Origin: Verrucomicrobiota bacterium
GTDB taxonomy: Bacteria > Verrucomicrobiota > Verrucomicrobiia > Opitutales > Cerasicoccaceae
NCBI GenBank assembly: GCA_039818205.1
Contig: JBCBUK010000005.1
Coordinates: 32,001 to 96,000 of the forward strand
Direction: 5' to 3'
DNA: 64,000 bases
Shown here: one piece after another, positions 60,158 through 64,000 of the stretch
How the letters are laid out: the number at the start of each line of letters is the position of its first letter
How positions within the stretch are numbered: position 1 is the first letter of the stretch
Translations under genes and position numbers: made by a program
Notes under the pieces: model-generated
What the model was told of the DNA's origin: nothing
Seen by the model: the letters and a program-made list of their open reading frames with translations, nothing else
Databases searched by the model: none

Positions 60158-61591
60158 ATGCATCTCCAAGCAAAATACACGAAGCGATTATGTCTTTACG
60201 GTTTATCGGTATTGGCGTGCGTTCTGGCGATCGAGCTTCCAGCGCAGGATCAAGACAATCCAGTCAAAGAGTATCCACCTTTGAAGAAGTTGTCCTTTGA
60301 TGAAAACCCGCGTGCTTACTGGAATTTTAAAAACAGCGGCAACCCGGTCGATTACTTGAAATTCGTTCCATTTGACGAAAACGGCGAGCACTTTGTCAGC
60401 TTTGGCGGGCTGGTTCGGCAGCGGTATGAGTACGTGAACAATCCGGACTTCGGAGCTACTCCTCAAGACAACGATGGCGCATGGCTTCAACGATACCTAG
60501 CGCACGTGGATCTGCATCTGGGAATGCGCTTTCGGGCGTATGTTGAGTTTATTGGGGCCGTGGCCGTAGGTCGGCCAAGCAGGCCAAGTCCGGTGGATGA
60601 GAATCAGCTCGATATACTCAACGGCTTTGTCGATGTGACGCTCATTCAAGAGGGGGATCAAAGTCTTACCTTTCGCACTATTCGACAGGAATTGGAGTAT
60701 GGCTCGGGCCGTCTTGTTGACGTTCGCGAAGGCCCTAATGTGCGGCGCACTTTTGATGCAGCCAAGCTCATGTACCGATTGCCTGGTTGGCAGATTGATC
60801 TGCTTTACGGCCGCCCCCTAGAGAACCGTCGCGGCTTTTTTGATGATGTGAGCAACGAAGAGCAGGCGCTGTGGGGCGTCTATGCCAGTGGCGGCAAAGA
60901 CTGGGCGCCGGTGGGCTCACTCGACGCTTACTACCTCGGCTACAGGAATGATAATAGCGCCTATGTTGTTGGCGTTGCCCGAGAGACACGTCACACAGTC
61001 GGAATTCGCCTGTGGGGCGACCATCAAGGCTGGGACTGGAACTGGGAAGGCATTTTCCAACTTGGCGAGTTCGGCCCGAATGACATTCTCGCCTGGTCAT
61101 TCGCCACAGATACGGGCTATACGTTTGAGGAGTTGGCGTGGACACCGCGTCTGGCGCTCAGCGCAAACATTGCCAGTGGCAATCAGAACCCAGCTGGCGG
61201 CACATTAAACACCTTTAACCCCCTGTTCCCGCGTGGTAACTATTTCTCCGAGGCTGCCATTCTCGGGCCAAGAAACTTCTTTAATTTGCACCCGTTCATT
61301 ACGGTTCGCCCGATGGCAAAGCTCGAGTTGACCGCAGATGTCAATTTTTTCTGGCGACTGGAGACCACTGATGGGGTCTATTCCCCGAGTGGCCAAATCT
61401 TACGCAGTGGGCAAAACACGAATGATCGCTATGTGGGCGCGGCAGTTTCATTCACTTCGAGCTACGAAATCATGCGCGGCCTAAGCCTAACTGCTATCTA
61501 CTCCCACTTTTTCCCAGGTGACTTTATCCAAGCGACAGGCCCTTCTGAAGCAATCGATTTTATTGAACTCACGTTGCAGTTTCAGTTTTAG
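60158..61591 (+). CDS. Alginate-export (AlgE-like) outer-membrane beta-barrel
   Basis: Signal peptide; RQELEYGSGRLVDVREGPNVRRTFD, TFNPLFPRGNYF, C-terminal Phe. Confidence 0.88.
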   Translation: MHLQAKYTKRLCLYGLSVLACVLAIELPAQDQDNPVKEYPPLKKLSFDENPRAYWNFKNSGNPVDYLKFVPFDENGEHFVSFGGLVRQRYEYVNNPDFGATPQDNDGAWLQRYLAHVDLHLGMRFRAYVEFIGAVAVGRPSRPSPVDENQLDILNGFVDVTLIQEGDQSLTFRTIRQELEYGSGRLVDVREGPNVRRTFDAAKLMYRLPGWQIDLLYGRPLENRRGFFDDVSNEEQALWGVYASGGKDWAPVGSLDAYYLGYRNDNSAYVVGVARETRHTVGIRLWGDHQGWDWNWEGIFQLGEFGPNDILAWSFATDTGYTFEELAWTPRLALSANIASGNQNPAGGTLNTFNPLFPRGNYFSEAAILGPRNFFNLHPFITVRPMAKLELTADVNFFWRLETTDGVYSPSGQILRSGQNTNDRYVGAAVSFTSSYEIMRGLSLTAIYSHFFPGDFIQATGPSEAIDFIELTLQFQF

Positions 61592-61680
61592 ACCGGAGTA
61601 GCGCCGTCTCTTTCCGCCCCCTGATGTCTGTAATCCGAAATCCGTGAAGAGGCAATTTAACAGGCATTGCAGGCAAGAGG

Positions 61681-61910
61681 TCGGCGGTAGGGTTTGAAGC
61701 CCTTCCGCGAGAACTTCACCATGAAAGAATAGCGTTCGTGTTTTACCGGATATACCTTCGCTTCGTTCACTTATACCTCGTTTTATACCGATTATTCAGG
61801 TTTGCGAGTATTTTTGTGCACTAATAGCCGGTTTCGCCGTTTTCACGTGAAACCCTGATTAGCACTAGCGTCCACTCGTTTTTAGAGTGGTACTCCCGCC
61901 GGGAGTCGAA
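61681..61910 (-). repeat. 230-bp inverted copy of tRNA-Arg 3' end + leader + integrase 5' end
   Basis: Reverse complement matches 43004-43233 with 5 mismatches counted by eye. Confidence 0.93.
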
Positions 61911-62132
61911 TCCTCTCGAGTCGTTCATCTATTTTCGCCGTCTTCATCGTGGACTCGGCTAGCGATGCCTTCGCTACTAACATCGATTTCTACTCGGCTG
62001 AGCCGGCTTTCTCGCCGCATACTTTGGAGGTCAATCAGCTTGGGATTCAAATTGCCCGAGGATTGCCTGTAGGGTCTCAGTTTGCGTTTCTGGCTGAGTA
62101 ATGCATTGAGATTCTTACACTGAAAATCTCTC

Positions 62133-62330
62133 CTATTGCTTCTTATTAAACATGTATCGATGAATTTTCCAGGAGCCGGCTTCCTTTCTCAGGACAAAAA
62201 GTTCTCGGTTTTCTTCAGACACCTTTTCATCTGTTGCGCGAATCAAAACCGTTCCTTTTGAGCTCGTCCGCACATAGGCGAAGTCGCCAAGCACGGCTAT
62301 CTCATCAATGTAAAATTCTATATCGAGCAG
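62133..62330 (-). pseudogene. C-terminal fragment of NTF2/SnoaL-like (YybH/DUF4440) protein
   Basis: Manual translation LLDIEFYIDEIAVLGDFAYVRTSSKGTVLIRATDEKVSEENRELFVLRKEAGSWKIHRYMFNKKQ*; no upstream start; absent from ORF track. Confidence 0.7.
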
Positions 62331-62393
62331 TGTTCCGATTGCCTTGTTTCGTATGACCGAAGAGAGTACCCGGTTGATCCTTTCGATGTTGGC

Positions 62394-63968
62394 TCAGTTT
62401 TGAGCATGCGGCGCGGAGGCTTCGCCTGCGATATAGCGGTTCAGCAGTCCATTCATCTCTTGAACCCGTTCAGGATGTTCCAGGGCCAGATTTGTCTTCT
62501 GCGCCAAGTCGGCTTTCAGATTATAAAGTAATCCCGTGCTTGTTTCAGCTGCGTACCCCCGTTCTTCGTTGAACCAATCAGGAGACTTGGAATGCTCACC
62601 GGTGTGTGAGTTGAGATACACCCAATCACCTTGGCGAATCGCAAAGCGCCCTGGCCTCGTATTCTGAACCGTAGCAGTGCGCAGTGGTTGGTCATATACC
62701 CGGCCGTTGAGCAGAGGCAATAGGTCGTAGCTATCGATCGCGTCCTTGGCGTCCAAGTTGTAATCTATGATACTAGCGAAAGTGGCTGCCAAATCGACCT
62801 GATTGATCACTTCCTCCGAAACGCTACCGGCTTCAATCACACCCGGCCAACTGATAATAAACGGGACCCGGTGGCCTCCTTCCCAAAGATCGCGCTTCAA
62901 TCCGCGAAGCGGGCCGGAACTCCAGTGTTCATAGTTTTTCAACCGGTCATAGGCAAAGGTTTCCGCTCCATTGTCGGCGGTAAAAACCACAATGGTATTC
63001 TTCGCCAAGCCAGCATCTTCCACCGCTTTCAGAATGCGCCCCACCATGGCATCAGTCTCGACCACAAAGTCTCCGTATGGCCCAACACCCGATTTTCCCC
63101 GATACTCCTTGTTCGGCACAATCGGCTCATGAGGGGAAGGAAATGCAAAATACAAGAAGAACGGTTTTTCCGCGTGTTGCGATTCAATCCATTTCACCGC
63201 CTTATCAGTCATGCGTGGCAACACATCGTAGGGATTCCAACTTGGAGCAGCAGGACCCGGCCGACTACCCCAGTCTCCCTCAACAATCGGCTCAAACTTT
63301 GATAAATCGAGCATCTCAGCCGGAGCTTCCAACACCCGGTCGTTTTCAATAAAACAATAAGGTGGAAAGTTAATCGTTCCATCGCCGAAATAGTAATCGA
63401 ATCCCTGGTCTAAAGGACCACCGGGAACCGGCTTTGTCCAATCAATCGCATCGACCGCGTATGTACTCCTCATCAAGACCCGGCCGTCGGGACGATTCCA
63501 ACGCACCCGCGTCATCTCTGCTCCCGGCTTGACCACCGCATTCCAATCCCAGCCAAGATGCCACTTGCCAATCGCGGCTGTGTTGTAGCCCTTCTCGCTA
63601 AACATTTTCGGCAGGGTAAAATCATCTGGCTTAAAGACTGACGGACCAAACGATTGCACGATCTTATGAAAACGGCGCCAGTGATACTGTCCCGTTAGAA
63701 GCGCGAATCGACTCGGAGTGCAAACTCCTGATGAGCTGTGGCCATCGGTAAAGCGCATGCCCTGCGCGGTCAGTCCATCCAAATGCGGCGTCGGGATTCT
63801 ACAATCCGGATTGTTCGCGACCAAATCGCCATAGCCCATGTCATCAGCGTATAAGATAATCACGTTCGGCTTCCCAGCTACCGCTTCAGAACTCGACAAA
63901 AGTCCACCGGCGACCAGGGCCCAAACGAACCCCAATGCCACGTTCAACGTCATTGTTGTTTTTCTCAT
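62394..63968 (-). CDS. Secreted Cys-type sulfatase (arylsulfatase family S1)
   Basis: [47 protein letters not shown]. Confidence 0.95.
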   Translation of the reverse strand: MRKTTMTLNVALGFVWALVAGGLLSSSEAVAGKPNVIILYADDMGYGDLVANNPDCRIPTPHLDGLTAQGMRFTDGHSSSGVCTPSRFALLTGQYHWRRFHKIVQSFGPSVFKPDDFTLPKMFSEKGYNTAAIGKWHLGWDWNAVVKPGAEMTRVRWNRPDGRVLMRSTYAVDAIDWTKPVPGGPLDQGFDYYFGDGTINFPPYCFIENDRVLEAPAEMLDLSKFEPIVEGDWGSRPGPAAPSWNPYDVLPRMTDKAVKWIESQHAEKPFFLYFAFPSPHEPIVPNKEYRGKSGVGPYGDFVVETDAMVGRILKAVEDAGLAKNTIVVFTADNGAETFAYDRLKNYEHWSSGPLRGLKRDLWEGGHRVPFIISWPGVIEAGSVSEEVINQVDLAATFASIIDYNLDAKDAIDSYDLLPLLNGRVYDQPLRTATVQNTRPGRFAIRQGDWVYLNSHTGEHSKSPDWFNEERGYAAETSTGLLYNLKADLAQKTNLALEHPERVQEMNGLLNRYIAGEASAPHAQN

Positions 63969-64000
63969 ACCGTTCACACCTTCAAATTTATTATTCAGCA

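Noticed and set aside
61888..61915. tmRNA, suggested by GGATTCGAC on the minus strand
   Set aside because: The motif arises at the junction with the inverted tRNA-Arg 3' copy; no tmRNA acceptor stem or tag frame
62394..62396. Selenocysteine or programmed read-through at the sulfatase TGA
   Set aside because: The sulfatase is complete at this stop, the downstream domain is only half a fold, and no SECIS-like hairpin was evident

Overview
Bacterial window, most consistent with a Verrucomicrobiota (Opitutales-like) genome; this is inferred from protein families and style, not from a database search. 1-42.9 kb is mostly core or ordinary genes: comM (partial), a 2767-aa secreted multidomain protein, DUF748, an RlmL-type methyltransferase, coaE, rho with a long disordered N-terminal insertion, transporters, glnA, ogt, lgt, adenosine deaminase, a MASE1 hybrid kinase, a pseudokinase-PEGA-FGE protein and an arnC-like glycosyltransferase. 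tRNA-Arg(CCG) at 42952-43026 is an integration hotspot followed by a composite ~19 kb island with four parts. (i) A 4.5 kb decayed integrative element (truncated tyrosine integrase, HNH) bounded by a direct repeat of the tRNA 3' half. It carries an integron cassette array with five attC sites and no intI (a CALIN), including a TIR-domain cassette. (ii) A relic of a second related element, ending at a tRNA-Ala-like att scar. (iii) A LysR-controlled cluster: pirin, twin amidohydrolases (Tat-exported and cytoplasmic), YcaC, ABM-DoxX, MFS, rhodanese-YceI and an AlgE-type porin. (iv) A 230-bp inverted copy of the tRNA end plus integrase start, which could make the whole island invertible. A candidate structured ncRNA lies at ~9146-9306, and a sulfatase closes the window.
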